From the NCBI GenBank assembly GCA_030154045.1, contig JASKKU010000001.1, positions 1,025-65,024 of the forward strand: a DNA stretch of 64,000 bases, read 5' to 3'. Below the pieces are notes generated by a model that did not search any database, had not been told where the DNA came from, and was given only the letters and a program-made list of their open reading frames with translations. Below, one piece after another: positions 51,106-60,954 of this stretch. Made by a program: the position numbers and the translations under genes. How positions within the stretch are numbered: the stretch's first letter is position 1; every line of letters starts with the position of its first letter. The stretch is from Candidatus Woesearchaeota archaeon. GTDB lineage: Archaea > Nanobdellota > Nanobdellia > Woesearchaeales > JASKKU01.

Positions 51106-51610
51106 AAAGTTCGTTAAAAATTCTTAAAAACTGTTCAAAATCAATTTGTGATTCCTTTTTAAAGTTACCTTTTTTGGCGTCATCAAAGAATTCTTTGTTA
51201 GAGATTATTTTTCTTAAATCTTGAGAAACTTTGAAACAAGTATTCCCATAAACCAAAATGTTAACACATTTCAAATCCTGAAGAATTTTTGTGTATGGGA
51301 ACGGATTACAAGTTAAACCCACAAACAAAGAGAAATTTTCTTTTTGTTCATTAATTGTTTTTTCTAGATGCTCATAAGAAGTTATCTGAAAAAATTTTAT
51401 TCTTTGTTCTTGCAAAAACCTTGTGATCTTTCCATAAACACAAGTCTTTCTTGTACACGTAGAGTCACAAAAATTCTTTTTCCTATACTTGCAATCCAAT
51501 GGCTTTAAACAGTAAGGCAGTAAGAAAACAATTTTCGGTCTCGACGTTTTTTTAACTTCTTGTAAAGAGCAATCCTTCAATTGAAAACCATCAAAAGGCA
51601 CCCATATCAT
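51092..51610 (-). CDS. small Cys-rich protein (8 Cys), unknown function
   Basis: Cys-rich segment LPYCLKPLDCKYRKKNFCDSTCTRKTCVYG. Confidence 0.3.
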   Translation of the reverse strand: MIWVPFDGFQLKDCSLQEVKKTSRPKIVFLLPYCLKPLDCKYRKKNFCDSTCTRKTCVYGKITRFLQEQRIKFFQITSYEHLEKTINEQKENFSLFVGLTCNPFPYTKILQDLKCVNILVYGNTCFKVSQDLRKIISNKEFFDDAKKGNFKKESQIDFEQFLRIFNELFMDK

Positions 51611-51613
51611 GTT

Positions 51614-52525
51614 TTATCTCCTATTTTGAATAACAGGCTCATGCTCTCCAAATCCATAAAACTGAACATAACTCTTTAACAAATGAGGACATTCATTATA
51701 ATAAATACATCTCTTGCATTCCGGTCCATTATCCATAAAAGCCCCACCAACACAACCCGACTTAACAACAAATTGTCTAAATCTTGGAGAAAAAAGAGCT
51801 TTTGGTAACAAATGAATTTGTATTTTTTCTGAAGAAAATCCTGCATTAATCAAGTTGGCTATTGCTTTTTCTATTTCAGGAGCAATCTCTAAATGAGAAA
51901 CTAACATTCTGTCTTTATTCTGCAAAGCCATCCCAATAACATCCATTCCTATAAAAGTAAACGAAGAAATTCTATACAAATTCTCTTTACGAATCATATC
52001 GCCATAAAACTTTAAAGTTTTATAGTTCATTTTGCTAACTACCGTTCTAATACCTACATCAAACCCCCTAGAGAGCAGATTTTTTAACCCAATCAAACTT
52101 TTATCCCAAGAGCCTTTAACTTGTGTAATTTGGTCATGGACAATTGAAAAAGGACTATAAAAACCAAATTCAATATGAAAATCAAATCCTCTTTCTTTCA
52201 AAAATAGAAACTTATCACAGAACGCTTGATAATAAAACATCATTCCATTTGAATTGATATGTATTCTTAAGTCTCTCTTCTTTTTTAAAACATGGAAAAG
52301 AATATCAAACAAAAAAGGACTGATTGTCGGCTCACCACCAATAAAAGAAACTATACGAATATCATCGCCCCAATTTTCATCAATAAACTTAAGAACCTCA
52401 TCTTTTGTAAGATTATAAGCCCTAAAATTATCATCGTTAGGGCAGTTTAAACACATCTGATTACATTTAGTTGTGGCATTAACCACTAATTCTCCAGGAT
52501 TCCTAAATCCATAAATTGAACCCAT
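51614..52525 (-). CDS. radical-SAM/twitch-like enzyme (paralog)
   Basis: CNQMCLNC, GGEPT, C-terminal CKRCIYYNECPH. Confidence 0.8.
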   Translation of the reverse strand: MGSIYGFRNPGELVVNATTKCNQMCLNCPNDDNFRAYNLTKDEVLKFIDENWGDDIRIVSFIGGEPTISPFLFDILFHVLKKKRDLRIHINSNGMMFYYQAFCDKFLFLKERGFDFHIEFGFYSPFSIVHDQITQVKGSWDKSLIGLKNLLSRGFDVGIRTVVSKMNYKTLKFYGDMIRKENLYRISSFTFIGMDVIGMALQNKDRMLVSHLEIAPEIEKAIANLINAGFSSEKIQIHLLPKALFSPRFRQFVVKSGCVGGAFMDNGPECKRCIYYNECPHLLKSYVQFYGFGEHEPVIQNRR

Positions 52526-52567
52526 GTTTTTAGATACCAGAAATTAACATAAAAATCTTTCCAAAAA

Positions 52568-54448
52568 TTACAACGGCTTAAGCTCATCAGTTCCATAAAG
52601 GTCAAAATACTCTTTTAAAACACCTTGACAAACATTGTTATACTTGCACATTTTACATTCTTCAGATTTATAACCAAACAAATCTCGTTCATTATTCCTC
52701 AATCTATCATCCATCCATTTGTCAAATCCACCTACAGATTTAATCTCATTAAACTCTACACTAAAAGTTCTAAATTCTTCAGGAACTTGACAAAGAGGAA
52801 AGTTCTCTAAGCCAATGGAAATGTTTTTAGTTTTGAGTTTATTCAGACCTTTAACAAGATAAGGCAATACTTTAGAATATTTTGGCGTGAGTTCTTGATT
52901 TAATTTTGTAGAGAATCTATTCGGTTTCACCATACTTACACTCAAACCAAGATGTATCCCTTTTTCTAAAGCTTCTGGATAAAATTCCTGCAACATAAAA
53001 TCAACAAAATCTGGAAAATATATGTAATTTCCTTTGTACAAAACATGAACAAGCATAACATCTATACTTAAAGCAATAGCATTATGTATGCCTTTAACAG
53101 TTTTATCAAAGTTTCCTTTGACTCTTGAAACTTTCTCAGAAATTTCGGTAGTATGTCCGTGCAACGAAATCATAAAACTATCTAACCCCGCTCGTTTCAA
53201 TCTTTCAACAAAAGCATAAGAACTTAAAAGAACACCATTTGTGTTTACAATAACTTGATTTGCATATCTCTTAGCAAGTTTAATAAGATAATCTAAATCC
53301 TTGTTTAAAGTTGGTTCACCACCCATAAAAACAATTTTATCAAACTCGTTCAGGATAATCTTCTTAACAATATCAATTAAAGGCAAAGACGAATCCAACG
53401 ATGGTTTTTCAAAAAAGGGTTTTTCTGCTGCAGGGTCCTGAGTGTCAATTCTAAGGAATTTATCATAAGTACAAAAAATACACCTTTGATTACACGAACC
53501 TGACGCGTTTATGATATTCAATCCTGACTTAAGTTGTTTATCTTTAAGAAAGAAAGGTACATAGTCCTGACTTTTAGATTTGATAGAATTAAACTCAAAA
53601 GTCCCGACAAAGTGAGTATAACTCCTCCAAGGTTTAGCGCATGAATCTTGTAGAGCACAATCCTTGCATGAATCCAAAAGGTCCAACCTTTTCTCAACAA
53701 CCGAAACTCCGCTTGCATATCTCCAATATTTCGATGGCAAAACACATTTAGGCATATGTAATAGAATAACCTCCAAATTCTTTTGTTTACAATATTCTAT
53801 CGCTTCAATAACGTATGGAATGAATTCCGCATAAGTAATCATAAGTTCTCTCCGATTCTTAGCAGCATTTCCAATAATATCTATAGGAAAAATAACAAAC
53901 CTATTGATTCCTAAACTTTCACCAATCTTGACTATATCCAAGATCTTTTCAAAATTTAATCTATGAATTACTAACCTTTGCTCAATAAACCAACCCAAAA
54001 TCTTTTTGATATTTTTAATACCTTCAATTGTCTGTTTAAAACTACCTTTAACCCCTGTAATCTTGTCGTGCAAGTCTTCACGTCCATGAATTTCTGTAAT
54101 TAAAAGAACTCTTTTTGGATCAATATCTTTAAAGGATTTGCAAAAATCAGAATAATAAAAAAGACGGGCATTGGTAACAAGCTTGATTTCTGCTTTTGAG
54201 TTATCCTGAATAAATCGCATAACTTCGTGTAATTGTTTTGGATAAAGTGTAGGTTCACCGCCCGTAATCACAAAAAAAGAAGCGTTTGGGTCTTTAGCCA
54301 ACGTACTTTTTATTTTGTTTATCTGTTCACGTAATGGCTGAGACTTCTGTTTTGAAGGCATCACATTGGTACACATAATGCAATTGTTATTACATACTTG
54401 ACCAAAATAAACTTCATAATCCAACATATTCATTTTGAATTCCACCAA
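52568..54448 (-). CDS. tandem double radical-SAM protein (two complete modules)
   Basis: Module 1 CNNNCIMC...GGEPT...CKDCALQDSCAKPW; module 2 CNQRCIFC...GGEPT...FPLCQV...CKMCKYNNVCQG and tail YGTDELKPL. Confidence 0.8.
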   Translation of the reverse strand: MVEFKMNMLDYEVYFGQVCNNNCIMCTNVMPSKQKSQPLREQINKIKSTLAKDPNASFFVITGGEPTLYPKQLHEVMRFIQDNSKAEIKLVTNARLFYYSDFCKSFKDIDPKRVLLITEIHGREDLHDKITGVKGSFKQTIEGIKNIKKILGWFIEQRLVIHRLNFEKILDIVKIGESLGINRFVIFPIDIIGNAAKNRRELMITYAEFIPYVIEAIEYCKQKNLEVILLHMPKCVLPSKYWRYASGVSVVEKRLDLLDSCKDCALQDSCAKPWRSYTHFVGTFEFNSIKSKSQDYVPFFLKDKQLKSGLNIINASGSCNQRCIFCTYDKFLRIDTQDPAAEKPFFEKPSLDSSLPLIDIVKKIILNEFDKIVFMGGEPTLNKDLDYLIKLAKRYANQVIVNTNGVLLSSYAFVERLKRAGLDSFMISLHGHTTEISEKVSRVKGNFDKTVKGIHNAIALSIDVMLVHVLYKGNYIYFPDFVDFMLQEFYPEALEKGIHLGLSVSMVKPNRFSTKLNQELTPKYSKVLPYLVKGLNKLKTKNISIGLENFPLCQVPEEFRTFSVEFNEIKSVGGFDKWMDDRLRNNERDLFGYKSEECKMCKYNNVCQGVLKEYFDLYGTDELKPL

Positions 54449-55368
54449 AAAACTTTATTCCTTTTTTTAGGTTCTTCAAATATTGGATAGAGTTCTTCTA
54501 ACCCAAACATCTCAGCATACTCTTTCCAAACACCAGGACAAACATTATTAAGAACACACAACTCGCAATCTTTTGATTTTTTCTTCAGTTCGGAAAACTG
54601 TTTTTTGAGAAGGTTATATTTGCCTGTTTGAGAATTGATATATTCTTGCTGATGATATCTTTCAGTATTTAACCGAATATACTCTGAAGAATATTCCTTA
54701 AATTCAAGCATATAACATAAAGGCACACCTTCAACCTCATAGATAATGTCCTCTTGTTTATCCAGAAAAGTTAAAACTTTATACAAATGGTATTGAACTT
54801 TATAAAGTCGTGGAACCAATTCAGGATGTTGTTGTGTTCTACCGTTTGGCCTGATAAATCCAAAATAAAATTTCACCTTACCAACATTTGATAGAATAAA
54901 TTTTACGAAATTAAGCAAATCTTTATAATTCAACTCGTTGATAACATGAGAAATTGCAACAAAAAGTCTTGCATCAACTAATCGTTTAAGATTTTTGATA
55001 ATAGTATCAAAATTATCAACGCCTGAGAGATATTTATGAACTTCTCGTTTGTGAGAATGCAATGAAGCCATAATCTGTGTAACATTCGTTGAAATCAAAG
55101 TTTCAAAGATCTCATCAGTTATGTTTGAAACATTTGTTTGTAGTTCAATATTCTTTCCTAAAGAATGAGCGAATTTAACTAATTCAATAAAATCTTTTCT
55201 TATCGTTGGTTCGCCACCTGTAAATACAACTGTGTGTGCATCTGTTTCTCTGATGATTTTTTTAACATGTTCAGTTGAGAGCGTTGCCTCGTTAGTGCCA
55301 TAAACAGTACAAAATTTGCACAGGTGGTTGCATTCGTGTCCTAAGCGAATATTCAACACTGAAGTCAT
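54430..55368 (-). CDS. radical-SAM/twitch-like enzyme (paralog)
   Basis: CNHLCKFC, GGEPT, VPLCYML, CELCVLNNVCPGVW, tail FGLEELYP. Confidence 0.8.
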   Translation of the reverse strand: MTSVLNIRLGHECNHLCKFCTVYGTNEATLSTEHVKKIIRETDAHTVVFTGGEPTIRKDFIELVKFAHSLGKNIELQTNVSNITDEIFETLISTNVTQIMASLHSHKREVHKYLSGVDNFDTIIKNLKRLVDARLFVAISHVINELNYKDLLNFVKFILSNVGKVKFYFGFIRPNGRTQQHPELVPRLYKVQYHLYKVLTFLDKQEDIIYEVEGVPLCYMLEFKEYSSEYIRLNTERYHQQEYINSQTGKYNLLKKQFSELKKKSKDCELCVLNNVCPGVWKEYAEMFGLEELYPIFEEPKKRNKVFWWNSK

Positions 55369-55392
55369 TTATGATGTAGATAAAATATATCT

Positions 55393-57045
55393 TTAAATGT
55401 TTTTTTGAAAATTTGGCGATTTGGTTAATTTAATCGCACCGTAAGGACAAACTTCGTGACAAGTATAGCAATGAATACACTTATCCTCAATAACTTTTAA
55501 TCGCTTGCCAATTTCGTCAAAAACAATAGCGCCAACAGGACATGAATTAAAACAAGTTTTACAAAGAGTACATTTGTGTTGGTCGATTGAAACTTTATAT
55601 ATATAGGCCTTCCCAAACTCTGCTTCATTTTTAATAGGATTCAGAAGATTAAATAGAGAATGTTTTTTAAAATTGGGATGAATAATCTCAACTACATCTT
55701 TGAAATCGCCAACAATTTGTATATTATCAGTATAACCTTCGCCCAGATACTTCTCTGTTGCAAACTTTACAGTAGGTAAATGCTCAGGCTCATAACCCAT
55801 AACCTTACTAACAACAGTATCAACAGCAACCCCGTCTTTTCCAAAGAATAACAATCCAACATTTACTGGGTCGCCATAAGAAGGTCCTTCGTCTCCTTCC
55901 ATTCCAATAATGCCATCAACAACATGCAAAGCAAACTTATCTTTTAGTCTTGAATAAACATCTACAACACCTTTAGCAAAATTAAATCTATCAACAAAAG
56001 AATGAATATATTTTCTTTCGTCTGGATGAATTAAACCAAAACAGGATTTTACACAACAGGTGAAAAAAGTAAGTCCGTGTGTTTTCATCTTAGGAACATT
56101 AATGATTAAATCAACCTTGTCCAAAAAAGAAAGAAAATCTGTTTTCTCAACTAAATAATAGTTTGGAATCCTCTTAACAGTATAACCATCTTTGCTCATA
56201 TCAACAATCTTAACATTTTCACTCAAAGCAACATCCTTCATTCCTGTAACTGTCATAAGTCTATCAAACGCCTGATAATTTGTACCTGCTGCCAAATCTG
56301 AGATGTAAATTTCATTTGTAACTTGCTTTAAAACTCTAACAATTGCTTTGATAACAACAGGGTGTGTTGTTGCAACTTTTTCCGGTGGCAAAGGCTCAGC
56401 AAGGTTTGGTTTTATCAATACCTTTGAACCTTTTGGAACTAATTTTTCAACACCGCCAAAAGAATCAAACCCTTTCTTCACTGCTTTAAGAATTGATTCA
56501 AAATCATTATAATCCTTAAATTTTCCAAAGACAGCAACTTTTTCTTTTAGACCAAATCCTCTCTTAGCCTTGATCAAAATCTCGTCTTTCGGTTTAAAAA
56601 TAGGATACACCTGATTCTCAAATCTTAAATCTGCACCTGGACAGAAAGATCTTACTGCACAGCTATCGCATGCAAGGAACTTTTTCTTAATAATTCTTTC
56701 AGGATTTTTTAGTTTGATTAACCCTTCTTCAAACAACAACTTAAGTTTAAGATCATAACTCAACCACGGAAAATCTTGAAGATAACATAAAGGTACATCC
56801 TTTACTTGAAGAACAACATCATTTTTCTTAGCCCACCTAATTAACCTGTTCAATTTAAGCTCGTTTGTATAAATTTCTCCAGAACATGAAACCAAAACAA
56901 ACTTCTTTTGCAAAGTTTTAATCTTAGAAGTGATTTCCTCAAAAGTTTCCTTACATATGTCAACCTCAATAAAATCTTGATTAGGGAGCGCTTCAACACT
57001 GCTATTTGTTTGTAAATTCCCTGATTCAAAGACAAACAGTTTCAT
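55393..57045 (-). CDS. fusion protein: degenerate radical-SAM C-terminal half-domain + DUF362 + 2x[4Fe-4S] ferredoxin
   Basis: N-terminus VPLCYLQDF...CDSCAVRSFCPG; middle HGLTFFTCCVKSCFGLIHPDERKY (DUF362-like); C-terminus CTLCKTCFNSCP and CIHCYTCHEVCP. Confidence 0.6.
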   Translation of the reverse strand: MKLFVFESGNLQTNSSVEALPNQDFIEVDICKETFEEITSKIKTLQKKFVLVSCSGEIYTNELKLNRLIRWAKKNDVVLQVKDVPLCYLQDFPWLSYDLKLKLLFEEGLIKLKNPERIIKKKFLACDSCAVRSFCPGADLRFENQVYPIFKPKDEILIKAKRGFGLKEKVAVFGKFKDYNDFESILKAVKKGFDSFGGVEKLVPKGSKVLIKPNLAEPLPPEKVATTHPVVIKAIVRVLKQVTNEIYISDLAAGTNYQAFDRLMTVTGMKDVALSENVKIVDMSKDGYTVKRIPNYYLVEKTDFLSFLDKVDLIINVPKMKTHGLTFFTCCVKSCFGLIHPDERKYIHSFVDRFNFAKGVVDVYSRLKDKFALHVVDGIIGMEGDEGPSYGDPVNVGLLFFGKDGVAVDTVVSKVMGYEPEHLPTVKFATEKYLGEGYTDNIQIVGDFKDVVEIIHPNFKKHSLFNLLNPIKNEAEFGKAYIYKVSIDQHKCTLCKTCFNSCPVGAIVFDEIGKRLKVIEDKCIHCYTCHEVCPYGAIKLTKSPNFQKNI

Positions 57046-57075
57046 TTTTAATACCTAAAAAATGAGAAAATAAGC

Positions 57076-58125
57076 TCAACTTAGTGTTGAAATATAAGTC
57101 TTTACAGATTTTCCATCATTCACCATAAGAACTGCTTTATCTATGTTTTTACATAAAGCACGTGAAGAATTATACCCAAAATGCACCTTGAAACTATTAT
57201 CAACAAAAGAATCTGTATTAACAATCCCTGGTTTAACACAATCTCCACTTAACGTTGGTGTATTGGATTCAAAATCAAGGGTATAATCAAATAACTTTTC
57301 ATCATTAAAATAGAGGGACAAGCCCAAAGTCTTAATATCTTCTTGTTTTATAGGAGAAAAAGAAATTACATACTCATCTGTTCCCTGTTGTGACAAACTA
57401 ATTGAACTAATCGGACTCTCGTTTATAAAAGAAAAGACAATCTTATTGTCAAGAACACTCGCAGATCCTTGATTAAGCTCTGAGCCTTGTAATTGGTTCG
57501 GTTTTAAAGCTAAGGAACCTTGGAATGAAATAAAAAAAAGCGAGATAACCAGGACTAAAATAATAACATTAAAAATCCAAAGCAGAGTAACTTGTTTATA
57601 TAACCTTTTTATATCATGGTTTTGTTTTTCGCGTTCAATTTTGCTTTCACCCATAATTTTTAAATTTCGTAAGGAAGAATTATCAACTTGTCCTTTGAAA
57701 TATTTTTCTAAAAGTTTAATATTTGACAAATAAAGACCACTTATGCTAAACTCATCCTCTTCATCCTCTTCGTCTAGAAAAGAAATTTTTATCGAAAAAG
57801 TATCAAAGAATTTATCAAAAAAAGTCTGATAAACCTTTATTGATTTGATTTTATTTTTAGGAATAATTGCCCTAAAAACATGTAACGTCTCAACAACAAA
57901 TTCATTTTTATTGTTAAGATAAATTCTTTGAAAGAAATAAAAACCGTTAAAAATCCACAAGATAAGCAAAACGGAAAATGACCACAAGATTGTATTAAAT
58001 AAAACATCAGTAGGGTGCCTCAAATTCATTAAAAGGAAAGGTAGAACTAGTAAAATTGCCAGTTTAAATGAAAAACTAAAAACCGAACCCAAAGTCGCAG
58101 GCCAATATTTTCTTTTTAATTCCAT
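57076..58125 (-). CDS. membrane protein (2-3 TM) with an acidic DEEDEEDE patch and a C-terminal extracytoplasmic domain
   Basis: TM helices LAILLVLPFLL, ILWSFSVLLILWIF, LLWIFNVIILVLVISLFFI. Confidence 0.3.
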   Translation of the reverse strand: MELKRKYWPATLGSVFSFSFKLAILLVLPFLLMNLRHPTDVLFNTILWSFSVLLILWIFNGFYFFQRIYLNNKNEFVVETLHVFRAIIPKNKIKSIKVYQTFFDKFFDTFSIKISFLDEEDEEDEFSISGLYLSNIKLLEKYFKGQVDNSSLRNLKIMGESKIEREKQNHDIKRLYKQVTLLWIFNVIILVLVISLFFISFQGSLALKPNQLQGSELNQGSASVLDNKIVFSFINESPISSISLSQQGTDEYVISFSPIKQEDIKTLGLSLYFNDEKLFDYTLDFESNTPTLSGDCVKPGIVNTDSFVDNSFKVHFGYNSSRALCKNIDKAVLMVNDGKSVKTYISTLS

Positions 58126-58172
58126 TCAAACCACCGTTGATCTTTATTTGCAAAAATATAAAAATATCTATT

Positions 58173-59138
58173 TTAATCTTTCGGTATTATTGGAAACTCC
58201 TTCTCATTATTCAAGATTTCCTGCTTTGATTTGATGATTTCTCCTGGAACAGGTTTGAACTCCTCAATACCCATTTTTTCAGGGTATTCTTTCCAAGGAC
58301 CTTCACAAACAAACCTAAATCTACAAGTCTTGCATTGAGGAAACAATTTTTTTCCTTCTCTTTTTCGAACTTCTTCAAAATTATCTATCCAAAAATTAGG
58401 CTCTTTAATCATCGTGTCAGGCATATAAAGTTCAGCAGCATACCTTTCGTAACCTTTAAGCATACAAAAAGGTACGGCTTCCACCATTACACCGATACCA
58501 TTTAAGATTCCAATCTTCAAACCTCTCTTAATATAAGGCATAGCTAAAGACATCACCGGCATCATTTTCTCATAGTATTTTGCGGCATTGCCTAAAGCAT
58601 GCACAAACGCAAACTGAAACTGGTCTACATGCAATTTAACGAACAATTTTGCAAGTTGAGGAGTATATCTATAATTTGGTTTAACAACCACAGAATTCAC
58701 AACAACTCTTAAACCTAGTTTTTTAGCGTTTATAATTCCTTTAACAGTCTGAGACCAAGAACCCGGAGCCCTTGTTAGATATTCGTGAATTTCTGGTTTA
58801 TAACCATGCAATGAGGGACCAAACTCATTTGCACCTGCAGCAACCATCCTCTTAGCAAAATCCATGTTTGCAAACATTCGTCCATTTGTCTGAAGCTGAA
58901 TACTCTCAAAACCAAGTTCTTTAGCAAATGCAACCAACTCAACAGCATCCTTTCTAATAGTAAATTCACCACCTGTAAAAACAACACCATTTGCACCCTT
59001 TTTTTTCGCTGTAATCAACGCATCTTTTATTTCCTGTGTGGTCCGATTCCCATAATGCCTATTCTGTGCCTGAACGCAGAAATAACAATTATTGTTGCAA
59101 AGGTATCCAGTTTTTATATCAACCCGATATAAATTCAT
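58173..59138 (-). CDS. radical-SAM/twitch-like enzyme (paralog)
   Basis: CNNNCYFC, GGEFT, VPFCMLKGY, CKTCRFRFVCEGPW, tail MGIEEFKPV. Confidence 0.8.
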   Translation of the reverse strand: MNLYRVDIKTGYLCNNNCYFCVQAQNRHYGNRTTQEIKDALITAKKKGANGVVFTGGEFTIRKDAVELVAFAKELGFESIQLQTNGRMFANMDFAKRMVAAGANEFGPSLHGYKPEIHEYLTRAPGSWSQTVKGIINAKKLGLRVVVNSVVVKPNYRYTPQLAKLFVKLHVDQFQFAFVHALGNAAKYYEKMMPVMSLAMPYIKRGLKIGILNGIGVMVEAVPFCMLKGYERYAAELYMPDTMIKEPNFWIDNFEEVRKREGKKLFPQCKTCRFRFVCEGPWKEYPEKMGIEEFKPVPGEIIKSKQEILNNEKEFPIIPKD

Positions 59139-60671
59139 CTACTCACCATATTTTGATTCGAACTCTTTAACCAAAGCATCAAACTCCTCCTCTGAAGGAA
59201 TCTTCTCAGGAATCTTATTATCTAAAGAATCTCCCCATTTTCTTAGATAAGGGGCATCCTCAGGAGAATGTAACAACAAATCAAAGAGATAATCAATCAT
59301 TGCTTTATGGATCTTGCACCTGTGCGTTGAAGGAAGGTTTACAACTAGAGAACCATGCATTTTATAATTTTCCACAGGACAAATACCACAATACGGATAC
59401 CATGGACAATTATCGCAGTTAAAAGATAACAAAGATGAGTTTGAAACCATTGTTTTACATAGCTTATTTCTCGTTAGATCATAGAAAGTGTCTTCATATA
59501 CGTTTCCAATCTTAAACTCTTCATCCATTGTCCTTGCTTCATCACAAGTATAAATAGAACCATCGTAATCATAAAGTGCTTGACCTATGAAAGCGCCACA
59601 AGGTCTTTCCAATTCAGCAAAACCCGGGTCTCTGTTATTTACAATCTTCATAAGAATGTACGACGCCAAGTTTTCCTGGGCACGAATACCCTTCTTGTTC
59701 AAAAACAATAAAAATCGAATCACTCTTTTCCAAGCTTCTATAAATTCCTCTGGCTCATAAAACAGAGATTCCCAACCCTTAACAGCGAATCCAAAGTAAG
59801 TGACATATTTGAATCTAAAAATTGGCAAACCATGAAGCACATACTCTTTTATGATATCTTTATATCTATTCAAAGAATACTTTGTAATAACCGGAATCGC
59901 AAATGTTCGATTATAACCTTTTTCCAAACGATAAAACTTGATCTTTCGAGAAACATCTTCGTAAGAAGACTTTTTTGGATCGTGAGTAAATTTTCTGTGA
60001 AAATCATGCAAATCTTTTGGGCCATCCAAAGAAAAACACAATCCAATCTTGTTTTTTCTTATAAACTCAAACTTTTCATCATCTAGCAAATTTCCATTAG
60101 TTACTATTGCAAAATCTAAAATCTTTTTATGCTTTTTATTCAACTCTTTAGCATACTCAACAACAAATTTAATGATATCGAACTTTAATAATGGTTCTCC
60201 GCCAGTAAATTCAATAACCATGCTTTTAGCTGGTGATTGAAAGATGAAATCAACAGTTTTTTTTGCAGTCTCTTCAGTCATATCAAAGCCCTGCTCATCA
60301 ACGTTTCTTCTTAAAGCATAACAATACTTGCAAGTAAAATTGCATCTCAAGGTTGGAACCAATATCTGCAAACTTGTACCATTACCTACATTCCAGTTGT
60401 AATTCCTAAAGCTCTCAAGAATATCCCTGGCATTCTCTGGGGTCCTGATAATGTGATTTTCTTCTAACTTTTTAAACAAAACTTCATCCATATCGTCAAA
60501 AAGATATTTTTTATATTCCTCTTCCTTTAAAAGAACCCATTTGCCATAATCATTAATTAATAATTTCTCTTTTCTTTCAGGATAATTCTTAATACGAACA
60601 TTTAACCTTGTATAATCCCTATTTAATTTGAACTTACTCATTTTAAAACCTTTTAAAATAAAAACAAACAA
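59139..60671 (-). CDS. radical-SAM enzyme with a full SPASM domain and a ~95-aa N-terminal extension (candidate RRE/peptide-binding domain)
   Basis: CNFTCKYC, GGEPL, SPASM cysteines CGAF...TCDE...LCKT...CDNCPWYPYCGIC; N-terminal extension precedes the radical-SAM core. Confidence 0.75.
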   Translation of the reverse strand: MFVFILKGFKMSKFKLNRDYTRLNVRIKNYPERKEKLLINDYGKWVLLKEEEYKKYLFDDMDEVLFKKLEENHIIRTPENARDILESFRNYNWNVGNGTSLQILVPTLRCNFTCKYCYALRRNVDEQGFDMTEETAKKTVDFIFQSPAKSMVIEFTGGEPLLKFDIIKFVVEYAKELNKKHKKILDFAIVTNGNLLDDEKFEFIRKNKIGLCFSLDGPKDLHDFHRKFTHDPKKSSYEDVSRKIKFYRLEKGYNRTFAIPVITKYSLNRYKDIIKEYVLHGLPIFRFKYVTYFGFAVKGWESLFYEPEEFIEAWKRVIRFLLFLNKKGIRAQENLASYILMKIVNNRDPGFAELERPCGAFIGQALYDYDGSIYTCDEARTMDEEFKIGNVYEDTFYDLTRNKLCKTMVSNSSLLSFNCDNCPWYPYCGICPVENYKMHGSLVVNLPSTHRCKIHKAMIDYLFDLLLHSPEDAPYLRKWGDSLDNKIPEKIPSEEEFDALVKEFESKYGE

Positions 60672-60699
60672 TGAAATTTTCTAAGTATTAACTAAAAAA

Positions 60700-60954
60700 T
60701 CATTTAATATCAGCTGCACGCATCAACCCTAAAAGATAATTAAAAAACTCACCGTAAGCAATCTCAACATTTGCTGAAGAATCTTTCGGCTCAATATATA
60801 CTTTGAAATTAGTTTGATCTTCCCCATATATTGCGACCCAACAGCTCTCTTTAAACTCATTTAAAACTTCAACAACTAACTCAAAAGGATAAACAGAATC
60901 TTTAAAGGTTACAACAACCGTATTGTCTTTAAAAGTTCTATGCAACATAATCAC
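60700..60954 (-). CDS. small (84 aa) hypothetical protein, candidate accessory/chaperone of the cluster
   Basis: ORF with 4-nt overlap to its upstream neighbour; no motif recognised. Confidence 0.3.
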   Translation of the reverse strand: MIMLHRTFKDNTVVVTFKDSVYPFELVVEVLNEFKESCWVAIYGEDQTNFKVYIEPKDSSANVEIAYGEFFNYLLGLMRAADIK

